This document shows, piece after piece, positions 1 to 9,179 of a DNA stretch of 57,681 nucleotides. The notes under the pieces were generated by a model. That model was not told the DNA's origin. It worked only from the letters and a program-made list of their open reading frames with translations, and ran no database searches. The position numbers and the translations under genes were made by a program. The stretch comes from a virus (taxonomy: Duplodnaviria; Caudoviricetes), in the IMG/VR virus record IMGVR_UViG_3300010403_000007, positions 1 through 57,681 of that record. The stretch is one strand, 5' to 3'. The first letter of the stretch is position 1. Every line of letters begins with the position of its first letter.

Positions 1-123
1 CGACGGTGCCGTCGGTCTCGTCGTACTTGATCTCGTCGTTGGTGTGTCCGAGCTTCATGGGGTGCCTCCTGGTTTGGTCTGTCGTCGTGCTGTAGACCAA
101 TAGTAGACACCCCTTGACGCGTC
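1..123. repeat. 123-bp terminal direct repeat (identical to 57559-57681); most likely the circular-assembly overlap
   Basis: First 123 nt equal the last 123 nt; the repeat begins inside the 57290-57616 ORF. Confidence 0.9.
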
Positions 124-129
124 TGTCAA
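100..129 (-). promoter_or_regulatory. SigA/HrdB-type promoter TTGACA-N18-TACTAT with overlapping TTGAC-N6-GTCAA palindrome
   Basis: Minus strand reads TTGACAGACGCGTCAAGGGGTGTCTACTAT, upstream of an AGGAGG RBS and the 57616 ATG across the junction. Confidence 0.7.
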
Positions 130-326
130 CCCTTGCGGGTTACCGCCTTCGCCGCCGACGCCAGCGACTGCCTTACCCGCAACACCGGCCGCAGGTTACG
201 CAGGAACGTGCGTGCCTCCTTGCCGCTCATCCCCGGCCCGTCATCCTCGTCATCGTCGTCGACCAGACGGAACCCGACGGTCCCGTAGTGGTCGTCCAAC
301 TCCTGAAGCGGATTCTTCTCAGCCAT
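126..326 (-). CDS. small hypothetical protein
   Basis: 66-aa ORF coupled (TGATG) to the ART gene. Confidence 0.6.
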   Translation of the reverse strand: MAEKNPLQELDDHYGTVGFRLVDDDDEDDGPGMSGKEARTFLRNLRPVLRVRQSLASAAKAVTRKG

Positions 327-3300
327 CAGACCCCCTCATTCGTCTTGACTCCCACGACGCGGACACGCATGTGCGTCTTGCCGTTCTTCTGCTCGACAGA
401 GATGACCTTGAACTTCAGCCCGGCCGCCAGCAGCATCTCGTTCTCACCGCCGTAAGCGGAGATCGGCTGAACGAACGCTCCCGGGGTGCCCGCCGGGGCC
501 TCGATGGTCAGCTGAAGCGGGTGACTGGAGAAGTGCCCGCCCGACCCCGCCACTGACGTCGACACGAAGCCCTTGTCCTCGAACGTCTTGCCGACCATGT
601 CCTCCGGGTGCGACTGGAAGTTCGCGATGTCCGGCGGCCAGCCGGTGCCCCGCAGAAGCAGCATGTGCTTCGGCATCGGGATCATCGACGCCTGAACATC
701 CAGGACGTCCTGCTTGACGTTCTTGGCGAACGATCCGTCGCCGCGAAGCCAGTTGTTCATGCCGGTGAACGCGTGCAGCCCGTTCTCTGTGTACCGCTTG
801 ATCGCAGCCTTCTGCTTCGCCGAGTGGACGATGCCGTTGGCCTTCAAGTATTCGTCCTGCCACGCCTTGGCCTGCGCCGACGTGGCCGCGTGGAAGGCCG
901 ACGCGGCCAGGCTCTTGTCGAACTTGCCGGGGCCTGCCAGGTCCTGAACCTTCTGGCCCGGGGCGAGGGTGACGCCCTTCGGCATGGTCAGTTCGCCGGT
1001 GAGTTCCTTGACGACCTTCGGGTCGGGCGTGCTGTTCGCCTGCGCGTACGCCTTACCGGCGGGGGTCGCCAGCCAGTCGGTGACCTTCTTCTCCATCATG
1101 TGGGCGTTGGCGACGCCCAGACTCTTGGAGTGCTTCTCGTCGATCGACTTGAGCACCTGGTCGACGGACAGGCCGCCGGGCACGTCCTTGCTGTAGGCGG
1201 CGGTCAGGTTGACCAGGTTGTCGAATACGTCCTCGGTCGGGTCGGCCAGGTACTTGCCCTTGGGCATGCCCTTGAAGTTGCTGAGGATGCTGCCCTTGAT
1301 CGCGTCCGGGACGTTGGCGGTGGAGCTGCCGCCGCCGAGCGTCACCGGCGCTCCGGTGGCCTTCTTCGCGGCGGGCGTGGCGGCCTTCGTGGCGGCCGGG
1401 GCGGCAGGATTGCCGAGCTTGCCGAGCTTCTTATCCTGCGCCGTCAGATGGGCCACACCGAGCTTCGGGCCGACCTTCGCGGCCATGTACTGCTTGGCCG
1501 AGGCGGTCTTGCCGAAGTTCGGGCCGTTGTAGCTAGCCGACTTGTAGTAGCCGCCTTCGGCCGCTGCCGCCTTGACCGCCGGAGAGTCGATCTTCGGCAG
1601 GGAGCGCTTCTTCAGCCCGGCCGCCGTCCGGATCGTGTCCAGCTGCTTCTGCGCCGCGTACAGCTTGCCGCTGAACTGCGATTCGAGGGTGTCCCGTTCG
1701 TTGACCTTCTGGTGCCAGACCTTCCACTCCGGGCCACCCGTGATGATGATGCCGGTGTCCGGTTCCGTGGGAACGTTCGCCTTCGCCGCTTCCGCTTCGG
1801 CGTGCGCGAGCGCCACCTTCCCGGACAGTTCCCTCAGGTCCGTCACGTTCTGGCTGAACGCCGGGTACTGCGAGTGCTCCTTCATCTTCGCGCTCGCGAG
1901 ACCGGTGGTGCCGTAAGAGACCGCCTTCAGGGCGTTGTCGCCCCACGCCTTCGCGTAGACGGTCCCGATCGTCTGCTTGTCGAAATCGGACAGCGTCACC
2001 TGCGGCTTCGCCGGGACAGGCGTCTTGTCGGCAATCTCTTTGAACGCGGCCTTCGCCTCGTTCAGCTGCTTCAACTGGTCGGCGCCCTGCTTCGGGAGGT
2101 AGCTGTACTTGTCGGCCAGCTGGTCCTTGTGAAGCGCGATGATCTTCTTGTCATCGGCGGTCAGGACACCGCCGTTGACGTCCTTGCCGGTCAGCAGCGT
2201 CTTGTTGTGGTTCTTGCCGATGTGGTTCTTCAGGTGAGTCTCGATGAAGGTGGTCTTCATGTACTGCTCACCGAGACCCTGCACCACTGCGAGCTTCGCG
2301 GCGACCGCCGGATTGGCCAGCACCGCCGGGTCGTAGCCGGAGCTGACCTGCTTCGCCAGATCACCCGAGAGGCTTGACGCACTCTTCAGGTCGTCCGGAG
2401 TCAATACCAAGCTCGGAGAGACCGCGTCCCAGCCGAGGATCTCCCCCGCCCGGTCGGAGATCTGCGCCGGGCTCATCTTGTCCGGCGCGGGCGCGTTGGC
2501 CTTCTTCAGGGCGGCCTGAAGCTTGTCCTCCAGGCCCTTCTTGGCCTGCTTCGCCTCGTCGCTGAGATCGTCCATCTCGGCAGGCCCGGTCTTGACCGGG
2601 TGGTCCAGAAGGTGCTTCTGGTAGCGGAGGAGGGCGGCCTTCTCGATGGGGCTGAGCTTGTCGGTGACCATCGGCGAACTGTCGGCGTACAGGGTCTTCG
2701 AGACCTTGTTGTACGCCTTCTTCTTCGCTTCGGCGACGTACTTGGCGTACAGCTCGGCACTCTTGGCCTTCTTGAACTCGGCCATGGCCTGCTTGATGTC
2801 GGGCTGCCCGGTGATCGACGAGTCGTACAGGCTCGTGATGCCGTCGGTGAGGCTCTGCGCATCCGAGGTGGCACTCTTCAGGCGGGCCGGGCTGTCCGGG
2901 TCTTCCAGGTCGCTGACACCGGCCCTCAGGAACGCGACCGACTGGAGGGCGGAGATGGGTGCGGCGTCAGCAAGCTGCTTCGCTTCGGCCTGAGACACCG
3001 AGTGGTTGAGCATGTCCTTCGCGAAGGACGCGGGCGCCTTCGCGGCGGGCTTCGACTCGGGGGCGGCCGACGTCTTCGCCTTGCTGAACTTGTCGGCCAG
3101 GGCGGCCGCCGCAGCCTTCTTCTTCGGGTCGAGGAACTTCGTCTCGCCCTTCTTCAGCTCCGCGAGGATCTTCGACTTCGTGTCCGGGTCGAGGGTCTGG
3201 AATTCCTCGGGGGTGAGCTTCTCGTAGGCGGCGAGGTGATTCTTGGACCAGGACGCGCCGAGGGCCTTGCCGTTGGCCATGTCGACGGCGTGCTTGATGT

Positions 3301-4783
3301 GCGCGGGCTGGCTGGTCTTGGCGACCGCCTTCGCGACGGCTGTATCCGCGCTGGACGGCTTCGGGAGACCGTTCTTGATCAGGTCTTCGACGGCCTTCTT
3401 CACCGTCGGCTTCGGAGTTGCGTCGCCCAGCTTCGGGGCGGCAGGCTCCGCCTTCTTCAGTCCGGCGTTAGCTGGAGTGAACAGGTCCGACGGGGTCTTG
3501 CCGTCGGCGGGCTTGTAGTGCCCTGCCTGCTTGTCCCAGATGATCAGGCCCTTGTTGTGCAGGGCGTCGAGGGTGAGCTTGTTCACGCCGGGCTGTCCGG
3601 CGGCGGGGGTGAACTTCTCACCGGCAACGATCTTGGCGAGGGCTTCCTTCTGTGCCGGGCTGGACGGCTCGTTCGGGCCGCCGAGCTTCTGAGCGGGCTT
3701 GTCCGCCGCCGGAGCGGCCGGGGCCTTCTTCTCCGGCTTCGGCTTCGGGGTGTACGTCTCGGACAGCTTCGGCTTCGCCTTGTGCGCCTCCAGGGCGGCC
3801 TTGGCGTCGGCCACCTTCTTCTCGGCCGCCGACACCTTGGACTCGGCTTCGGCGACCTTCTTCGCCTGGGGGGCGAGAGCCTTCTCTTCGGCGGGGGTGG
3901 CGGGTGCCTGTTTGCGGTCGAGGCTTTCGAGGAGGTCGGTGGCCTTCTTCTGCTGTGGGCCGAACCCATCCTTTTTGATCTTGGCGAGTTCGCCCCGGAT
4001 CACGTCCTGCTCGGAACCGGACAGCGCCTCCCACTGCTCCGGCGTGATCTTCGCGGCCTTGTCCAGCTTGTACTGCGGGGTGACCTTGTCCTGTGCGATG
4101 ACCGCCGCGATGCCCTTCGACGCCACGGTGGGCTTCTTGCCCTTCGCGCCCTTCTCGTCGGTGGCGTCGGTGACCTTTACCGTCTTCACGGCCTGCCCCA
4201 GCGTGTGCTTGCCGGGCTCGTTCGTCTTCACGCCGTTGGCCTGGCTGATGGCCTTACCGGCCTCGTGCGCCTCACCGCCCGCGCTGGCCGCTTCCTTCCC
4301 GGCGTTCGGGTGGGGCTTCGCGACGATCGGCGTGAGCAGCTTCTTGGGGATCGGCTTGCCCTGCGCCTTGAGTTCCTGGATCTTCGCGACCCGCTTGGCG
4401 TTGGCTTTTGCGACCCGGGCCGCTTCGACCTGCTTCCACGCTCCGGGGGCGACCTTGTGCAGGGTGCCCTTCCAGCCCTTGCACGGGCCCGGGTGCAGCG
4501 GGTTGAGGCAGGCGGTCAGCGAGCAGGTGTCGTGGGCGTCGTCGTCCTGGTACGTCCACGCCTTCAGGGACGCGATGATCTGGTCGGTCTTGCCGAGGGG
4601 AAACGGGGCGGTTCCTGAGGCGACGGCCGCGACGATGGCGTCGTTGGCAACCTGAACGGCGATGGCGATCACGTCGAGCCCTGGCGGCGTTGCGCTGGCG
4701 TAGAGGGTGAAGGTGCTGTCCGCGGCACCGTCGAACGCGATCACGTGATAGGTGCTCTCGCTGAGGTCACCGAGCTTCGCCAT
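326..4783 (-). CDS. giant (~1,485 aa) Ala/Lys/Pro-rich protein with C-terminal VIP2/Alt-like ADP-ribosyltransferase domain; probably virion-associated
   Basis: C-terminal R-S-E motifs LLLRGT ... KGFVSTS ... GENEMLL, preceded by AIKRYT...MNNWLRG; lies in the head gene region; start taken as ATG 4783 (TATGCT 6 nt upstream). Confidence 0.85.
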   Translation of the reverse strand: MAKLGDLSESTYHVIAFDGAADSTFTLYASATPPGLDVIAIAVQVANDAIVAAVASGTAPFPLGKTDQIIASLKAWTYQDDDAHDTCSLTACLNPLHPGPCKGWKGTLHKVAPGAWKQVEAARVAKANAKRVAKIQELKAQGKPIPKKLLTPIVAKPHPNAGKEAASAGGEAHEAGKAISQANGVKTNEPGKHTLGQAVKTVKVTDATDEKGAKGKKPTVASKGIAAVIAQDKVTPQYKLDKAAKITPEQWEALSGSEQDVIRGELAKIKKDGFGPQQKKATDLLESLDRKQAPATPAEEKALAPQAKKVAEAESKVSAAEKKVADAKAALEAHKAKPKLSETYTPKPKPEKKAPAAPAADKPAQKLGGPNEPSSPAQKEALAKIVAGEKFTPAAGQPGVNKLTLDALHNKGLIIWDKQAGHYKPADGKTPSDLFTPANAGLKKAEPAAPKLGDATPKPTVKKAVEDLIKNGLPKPSSADTAVAKAVAKTSQPAHIKHAVDMANGKALGASWSKNHLAAYEKLTPEEFQTLDPDTKSKILAELKKGETKFLDPKKKAAAAALADKFSKAKTSAAPESKPAAKAPASFAKDMLNHSVSQAEAKQLADAAPISALQSVAFLRAGVSDLEDPDSPARLKSATSDAQSLTDGITSLYDSSITGQPDIKQAMAEFKKAKSAELYAKYVAEAKKKAYNKVSKTLYADSSPMVTDKLSPIEKAALLRYQKHLLDHPVKTGPAEMDDLSDEAKQAKKGLEDKLQAALKKANAPAPDKMSPAQISDRAGEILGWDAVSPSLVLTPDDLKSASSLSGDLAKQVSSGYDPAVLANPAVAAKLAVVQGLGEQYMKTTFIETHLKNHIGKNHNKTLLTGKDVNGGVLTADDKKIIALHKDQLADKYSYLPKQGADQLKQLNEAKAAFKEIADKTPVPAKPQVTLSDFDKQTIGTVYAKAWGDNALKAVSYGTTGLASAKMKEHSQYPAFSQNVTDLRELSGKVALAHAEAEAAKANVPTEPDTGIIITGGPEWKVWHQKVNERDTLESQFSGKLYAAQKQLDTIRTAAGLKKRSLPKIDSPAVKAAAAEGGYYKSASYNGPNFGKTASAKQYMAAKVGPKLGVAHLTAQDKKLGKLGNPAAPAATKAATPAAKKATGAPVTLGGGSSTANVPDAIKGSILSNFKGMPKGKYLADPTEDVFDNLVNLTAAYSKDVPGGLSVDQVLKSIDEKHSKSLGVANAHMMEKKVTDWLATPAGKAYAQANSTPDPKVVKELTGELTMPKGVTLAPGQKVQDLAGPGKFDKSLAASAFHAATSAQAKAWQDEYLKANGIVHSAKQKAAIKRYTENGLHAFTGMNNWLRGDGSFAKNVKQDVLDVQASMIPMPKHMLLLRGTGWPPDIANFQSHPEDMVGKTFEDKGFVSTSVAGSGGHFSSHPLQLTIEAPAGTPGAFVQPISAYGGENEMLLAAGLKFKVISVEQKNGKTHMRVRVVGVKTNEGV

Positions 4784-4824
4784 GCCGTCAGCATAGCGAT
4801 TGTTTTTGATCATGGTCGGCGCCG

Positions 4825-4862
4825 TTCCACGGTGTCCCGGGACGTTTCAGGACACCGTGGAA
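4825..4862. terminator. stem-loop, putative terminator after the epimerase gene
   Basis: TTCCACGGTGTCC ... GGACACCGTGGAA inverted repeat. Confidence 0.55.
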
Positions 4863-4873
4863 AAGGCCGGACG

Positions 4874-5752
4874 TCACAACTTCAGCGCGCGGGCGATGCC
4901 CTCTTCGAGCGTGACCTCAGGCTGGTAGTAACGGTGGAAACGGCCCGGATCACCGACCCGGTACTGGACACCGTTCGGGCGGTTCGACAGCGTCTTGACG
5001 ATCGCCTTGTGACCGGCCTGGCGAGCCGCCATCAACACCAACTCCCCCATCGACGTGCCGACGCCGGTGCACAGGTTCACCGGATCGGTGGTACCCGACT
5101 CCGCGACCGCGAGCATGCCCTTGACGACGTCGGAAATGTGGATCCAGTCCCGGGTCTGGGATCCGTTGCCCCACACGGTGAGCGGGTCCTCACGGCGTTT
5201 CACGCGCTCGACGATGGCCCGGAACGGGAAGTTCTCCGACTGGTCCTCGCCGTAGCCGGAGAACGGCCGCACCACGGTGACCTTCACGCCACTACGGCGG
5301 GCGGCGGCGGCCAGCTTCTCCCCGGTGATCTTCGTCCACCCGTACGCCGCATCAGGGGCGCTGAAATCGTCCAGGTCAAGGTCGTCTTCGGAGAGGTGGC
5401 CGTAGATGCTGGACGACTGCATCTCCACCGGGTACGCGGCCGAGGAGGACAGGTAGATGACGTGCCGCTGCTCGGTGCGTGCCGCCCATTCGAACATGGC
5501 CGAGTCGAGAAGCACGTTCTTGGCGAAGTGTTCGGCCTCGTTGTCGATGGCCTCGCGGTGCGGGCTGGACGCGGCGGCATGAACGACCAGGTCGTACGGC
5601 TGCGTGGACCCACGGAAGTAGTCGGCGGCGTCGCGGGGCATGCTCGGGTGGGCGATGTCGCAGCGGACGACCGCCCATCCCCTGGCCTGCAGTTCTGCAA
5701 CCATGTGGCGGCCGACGAAGCCGTGCGAACCGGTGACGAGAGCCTTCTTCAC
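4874..5752 (-). CDS. NAD-dependent epimerase/dehydratase (extended SDR)
   Basis: VTGSHGFVG Rossmann motif, YLSSSAAY, YGWTK catalytic YxxxK, RDWIHISD; GTG start overlaps the upstream TGA. Confidence 0.9.
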   Translation of the reverse strand: MKKALVTGSHGFVGRHMVAELQARGWAVVRCDIAHPSMPRDAADYFRGSTQPYDLVVHAAASSPHREAIDNEAEHFAKNVLLDSAMFEWAARTEQRHVIYLSSSAAYPVEMQSSSIYGHLSEDDLDLDDFSAPDAAYGWTKITGEKLAAAARRSGVKVTVVRPFSGYGEDQSENFPFRAIVERVKRREDPLTVWGNGSQTRDWIHISDVVKGMLAVAESGTTDPVNLCTGVGTSMGELVLMAARQAGHKAIVKTLSNRPNGVQYRVGDPGRFHRYYQPEVTLEEGIARALKL

Positions 5753-6354
5753 TTCTGCACCTCCGCGAGGACGAGCTGGAACGGGCCGACCGGCTCGTGG
5801 ATGAGGATGGTGAACCCGGCGCCCTGGATCAGTTCGGCGTATCCGGGCGGGTCGAATGCCCACGCGTGGCATTCGTCGTGGTTGTCGGCGTTCTCGATCC
5901 ACGGTGACGACGCGACCAGGAACCGGGAGTTCCCGGCGATCCAGGCGAGGGCTTCGGCCGGGTCGGTGAGGTGCTCCAGGACTTCGGTGACGACGGTGAT
6001 GTCCCCGAACGCGACGAGGTCCCGGTCGTCGTCACAGCCGAACACGTCGAGGGCGAACGCCTGCACCTGCCGCTGGCGCCAGCCTTCCGCGTTCGACGGC
6101 TGGAAGTCGTAGCCCCACGCCTTGACGCTGGGGCCTTTCTGGAGCAGGGACAGCAGGCCACCGTCACCGCAGCCGAGGTCGGACACGGTCGGGGATTCGA
6201 GGCGGGCGGCGGCGAGCCGGACGAACTCGGCCGCCTTCTCCAGGCGGGGCCGGTGGTGGGGCTGGTCGACGTGCGGGGCCCGTTCCCGGTGTTCGTGGAA
6301 TTCGGCGGTGGACACGTGCGCGGTGTCGCCGTCGAACAGCTTCCAGGCGGTCAC
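5749..6354 (-). CDS. class I SAM-dependent methyltransferase
   Basis: VSDLGCGDGG motif I and EVLEHL motif. Confidence 0.85.
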   Translation of the reverse strand: MTAWKLFDGDTAHVSTAEFHEHRERAPHVDQPHHRPRLEKAAEFVRLAAARLESPTVSDLGCGDGGLLSLLQKGPSVKAWGYDFQPSNAEGWRQRQVQAFALDVFGCDDDRDLVAFGDITVVTEVLEHLTDPAEALAWIAGNSRFLVASSPWIENADNHDECHAWAFDPPGYAELIQGAGFTILIHEPVGPFQLVLAEVQK

Positions 6355-7064
6355 TTGCGCAACTCCTGAACCTTCTCGATGTCGCTGAGGAGGTGGCCGT
6401 GCGCGTAGTCCTTGCCGATGTATTCGGCGTACGCGGCTGCGTCCTGCTGGTACATCGTCCTGGCGTTCACGCGGTGGTAGCCCTCGTCCATGGCGGCCTT
6501 ACCCGCGAACGGGTGCACGTGCTCCACGATCACGTCGGGCAGGTAACGGATGCAGTTCGCGCCTTTGCCGAGGTCGCGCCAGTAGTTGTCGACGAACAGG
6601 TGCGTCAGCCTGGTCGGGGCGATGTGCCCGAGGGCGCGGGGGATGTCGGCGGTCATGGCGACCTGCGTGGGGATCCGCTCGCCCTGGAGCAGGTCGTTGC
6701 CGTAGACGAGGCCGGTGCCCATCTCGCGGAGCGTTTCGAGGTACGAGCGGTCCCAGCCTTTGGTGCGGGGCCGGTGGTCGTCGCCCATGAAGCCGACGGC
6801 GTACGGGAAGGCGGTCTTCAGGAAGAAGGCGGCGGCGGAGTTGAGGGCGCCGACCATGGTGGGGGTGCCCTGGTTGACCCACAGGTCGATGTTTGCGGCG
6901 GACCGGACGATCGCCGAGTAGGCGGGCAGCTCGGGGTCGGTCTGGTCAACGGCGGCGACGAGGCGCGTGTCGGAGGTGCAGGTGTTGCGGAACGCTTCGG
7001 TGAGTTCGGCGATGGCGCCGGGGCGGCTCCGGGTTGGCACTATGACCAGCAGGTCAGCACCCAT
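6351..7064 (-). CDS. GT-A (family 2-like) glycosyltransferase
   Basis: LLVIVPTRSRP N-terminus, FMGDDH acidic motif, VIVEHVHP. Confidence 0.8.
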   Translation of the reverse strand: MGADLLVIVPTRSRPGAIAELTEAFRNTCTSDTRLVAAVDQTDPELPAYSAIVRSAANIDLWVNQGTPTMVGALNSAAAFFLKTAFPYAVGFMGDDHRPRTKGWDRSYLETLREMGTGLVYGNDLLQGERIPTQVAMTADIPRALGHIAPTRLTHLFVDNYWRDLGKGANCIRYLPDVIVEHVHPFAGKAAMDEGYHRVNARTMYQQDAAAYAEYIGKDYAHGHLLSDIEKVQELRK

Positions 7065-7226
7065 CTTCTCTCCTCCGTTTTTGATCATGGTTTGCGGCGT
7101 GCTCGTATGCCATGAACATACGCTTCTCTGTCACCCGGGCGTACCGGGCGGTCGCCCGGTCCCGCGCAACCTCGCACCGGATGCCGTGACCGGGCACGTC
7201 ACAGTGCGAACGTTTGCGCAGCATCC

Positions 7227-8663
7227 TCACGACTTGGCGGCCTTCTTCAACGTGTCGTTCTCGGCCGCCTCGCGCGCCTTCTTCCCGGCGGCGGCCTTCG
7301 CCTTGCGGTACGCGGCCCGCTGCTTCTTCGACATGCCCGCGAGCTTCTTCTGCTCGGCACGCCGTTCGAGGATCTTCGCGGCCCGCTTCTTCAGGGTCTC
7401 CTTCTGCCGGGCTGCACGCCGGTCCAGGCTGTCCTGTTCCCGCGCGTCGCGGTCGCCCTGGCGGGTGGCGCCCTTGTCGGCACGGGCCGCCTCAGCGAGC
7501 TTCTGCTTGTGCGGGCCGAGGGCCTTGCGGTAGCCGGAGATCGCCTTGCGGGCCATCGCGGCGAGCTTCGGGTTGCCGGGGTTCTGCGCGGCGACCGCCT
7601 GCGCCTGCTGGATGGCCTTGGTGAGGCCGGACACGGCGGTCTGCGCGACCTGCGCCGGGGTCTTCTTCGTCTCCTCCTGATACCCGGGTTCGCGTTCGCC
7701 GCGCTTCTGGCCCTTGCACAGGCCCGGCTTGTGGGTCTGCATGCAGAACTGCCCGTCGGTGCACGCCGCCTGCAGCAGGCTCACCCCGGACGCGGCCAGA
7801 GACGGAGGGCCCTTGTACTGCCGGTTGGACATGTCCGTCGGCTCGCCTGCCACTTCGAGGAGCATCACGCAGCGGCAGTTGATGACCTGGTTCGCGGGTC
7901 CGGCCGGGTCGTGTGGGTACATCATCTCGACGCCGACGATCGCGTCGCCGGTCTTCTCGTCCACGCCCGCGCCGAGAACGAACGGTTCGGCCCACGGGAC
8001 GGTCTGGCCGTCGGCTTCACGATGGTCGGGCCGGGTGCGGTGGTCTTCGGTGGCCAGCCACCGCTTCACGTATTCGGTGTCCGGGTCCGCTTCGACGATC
8101 ATCGCGAACGCGTCGTACAGGCCGCCGTTGTAGGCGCCGACAACCTCCGTGCGGGCGATGGTCCGGGCCCGGTTCTTCCACGTCTTCTGGTCGGTGCCGG
8201 TGAGGAGTTCTTCGATCTGTTCCTGCACGTCGGGGATGCTGGCGCCGTTCGTGGTACCAGCGTCGATGATCGTCTGAACGAGGCCGAACACCTCGTCCGG
8301 GACGTTCTTGAGCCGGTTCTCGGTGCCCGCGATCCAGTTCCTGACGAACGGCCGCGAATCGAACACGACGTTGTCGCCGAACAGATCCTCATACGGGGCG
8401 GCGAGAACTTCCCGGGCGACCTTCTCCGAGTAGCGGCTGACGATGTCGGCCCACTTCTGGCCCTGGGAGAAGACGGTCATCGGGTCGGGTACGAGGGCGA
8501 GCTGCGCGACACCACCGGCGAACATGGCCGCCTGCACGGCGGCGAGCCATTCGGTGATCATGTCGAGGTACGCCTCATACAGGGCGGGCTCGTACTGCGC
8601 GAAGACGTCAACGGCCGCCTGCTGCTGCGCGGCGGCGTCGGGCAGCTGCTCCGGTGTCGGCAT
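7227..8663 (-). CDS. MuF / phage minor head protein with basic C-terminal extension
   Basis: RARTIARTE, KRWLATEDHRTRPDH, YPHDP...INCRC motifs; downstream of the portal. Confidence 0.88.
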   Translation of the reverse strand: MPTPEQLPDAAAQQQAAVDVFAQYEPALYEAYLDMITEWLAAVQAAMFAGGVAQLALVPDPMTVFSQGQKWADIVSRYSEKVAREVLAAPYEDLFGDNVVFDSRPFVRNWIAGTENRLKNVPDEVFGLVQTIIDAGTTNGASIPDVQEQIEELLTGTDQKTWKNRARTIARTEVVGAYNGGLYDAFAMIVEADPDTEYVKRWLATEDHRTRPDHREADGQTVPWAEPFVLGAGVDEKTGDAIVGVEMMYPHDPAGPANQVINCRCVMLLEVAGEPTDMSNRQYKGPPSLAASGVSLLQAACTDGQFCMQTHKPGLCKGQKRGEREPGYQEETKKTPAQVAQTAVSGLTKAIQQAQAVAAQNPGNPKLAAMARKAISGYRKALGPHKQKLAEAARADKGATRQGDRDAREQDSLDRRAARQKETLKKRAAKILERRAEQKKLAGMSKKQRAAYRKAKAAAGKKAREAAENDTLKKAAKS

Positions 8664-8835
8664 CGTCGGGTCCTCTCAGCGTTTGCAGGCCCCAGATGAG
8701 GGCGTCTACATCTTCGGCGGTCAGGAACGCCCCGCCGTTACGATCCTTGGCCTGCTTCAGCTTCAGGGTGGCTTGGGCGAACCGAGCCACCTTCCCCGCC
8801 GCGACCGCCAGGGCGTCCCGTTCCTTCTCGTCCAC
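8608..8835 (-). CDS. hypothetical protein
   Basis: 75-aa ORF, GAGG RBS, between portal and MuF. Confidence 0.5.
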   Translation of the reverse strand: MDEKERDALAVAAGKVARFAQATLKLKQAKDRNGGAFLTAEDVDALIWGLQTLRGPDDADTGAAARRRRAAAGGR

Positions 8836-8912
8836 GGTTCACCTCTGCGAGGGCGAGTGCCAGACAGCGCCGACGATACGAGCGGTGTCGGCGAGAAAGC
8901 AGGACAGCCACC

Positions 8913-9179
8913 TCACGCCCAGATCCAGACGGCCAGCAGCGCCAGGATGGCGAGCAGGAGGAGGCTGAGCACGAAGGCGGTCTTGCTGTGGCGCGAGCAC
9001 GGCAGGTCTTCGGCATGCACGGGCGCGTTGTTGAGGGCGGCGACGACCCGGGCGGCGTGCAGCGCGGAGAACATCACGCCGATGTATTCGTCACCGTCGT
9101 AGAGGTTCTGCGGCTGGTGGTGGCCGACCCGGTAGCGGGGAGCCTGTTCGGGCGCCATCTCGTCGTCGTTTTCGATCAT
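8913..9179 (-). CDS. hypothetical membrane protein
   Basis: C-terminal hydrophobic helix; ATGA overlap with the portal stop. Confidence 0.55.
   Translation of the reverse strand: MIENDDEMAPEQAPRYRVGHHQPQNLYDGDEYIGVMFSALHAARVVAALNNAPVHAEDLPCSRHSKTAFVLSLLLLAILALLAVWIWA

Noticed and set aside
608-4655. Long plus-strand ORFs opposite ART, and likewise opposite portal, tape measure and capsid genes
   Set aside because: Antisense shadows expected from high-GC codon bias; no motifs or RBS.
4802-4814. MIKN-type N-termini (4813, 7088, 20779, 55066) as true starts or a shared signal peptide
   Set aside because: The ATG belongs to the 13-bp DNA motif; better starts with an RBS or -10 lie just downstream.
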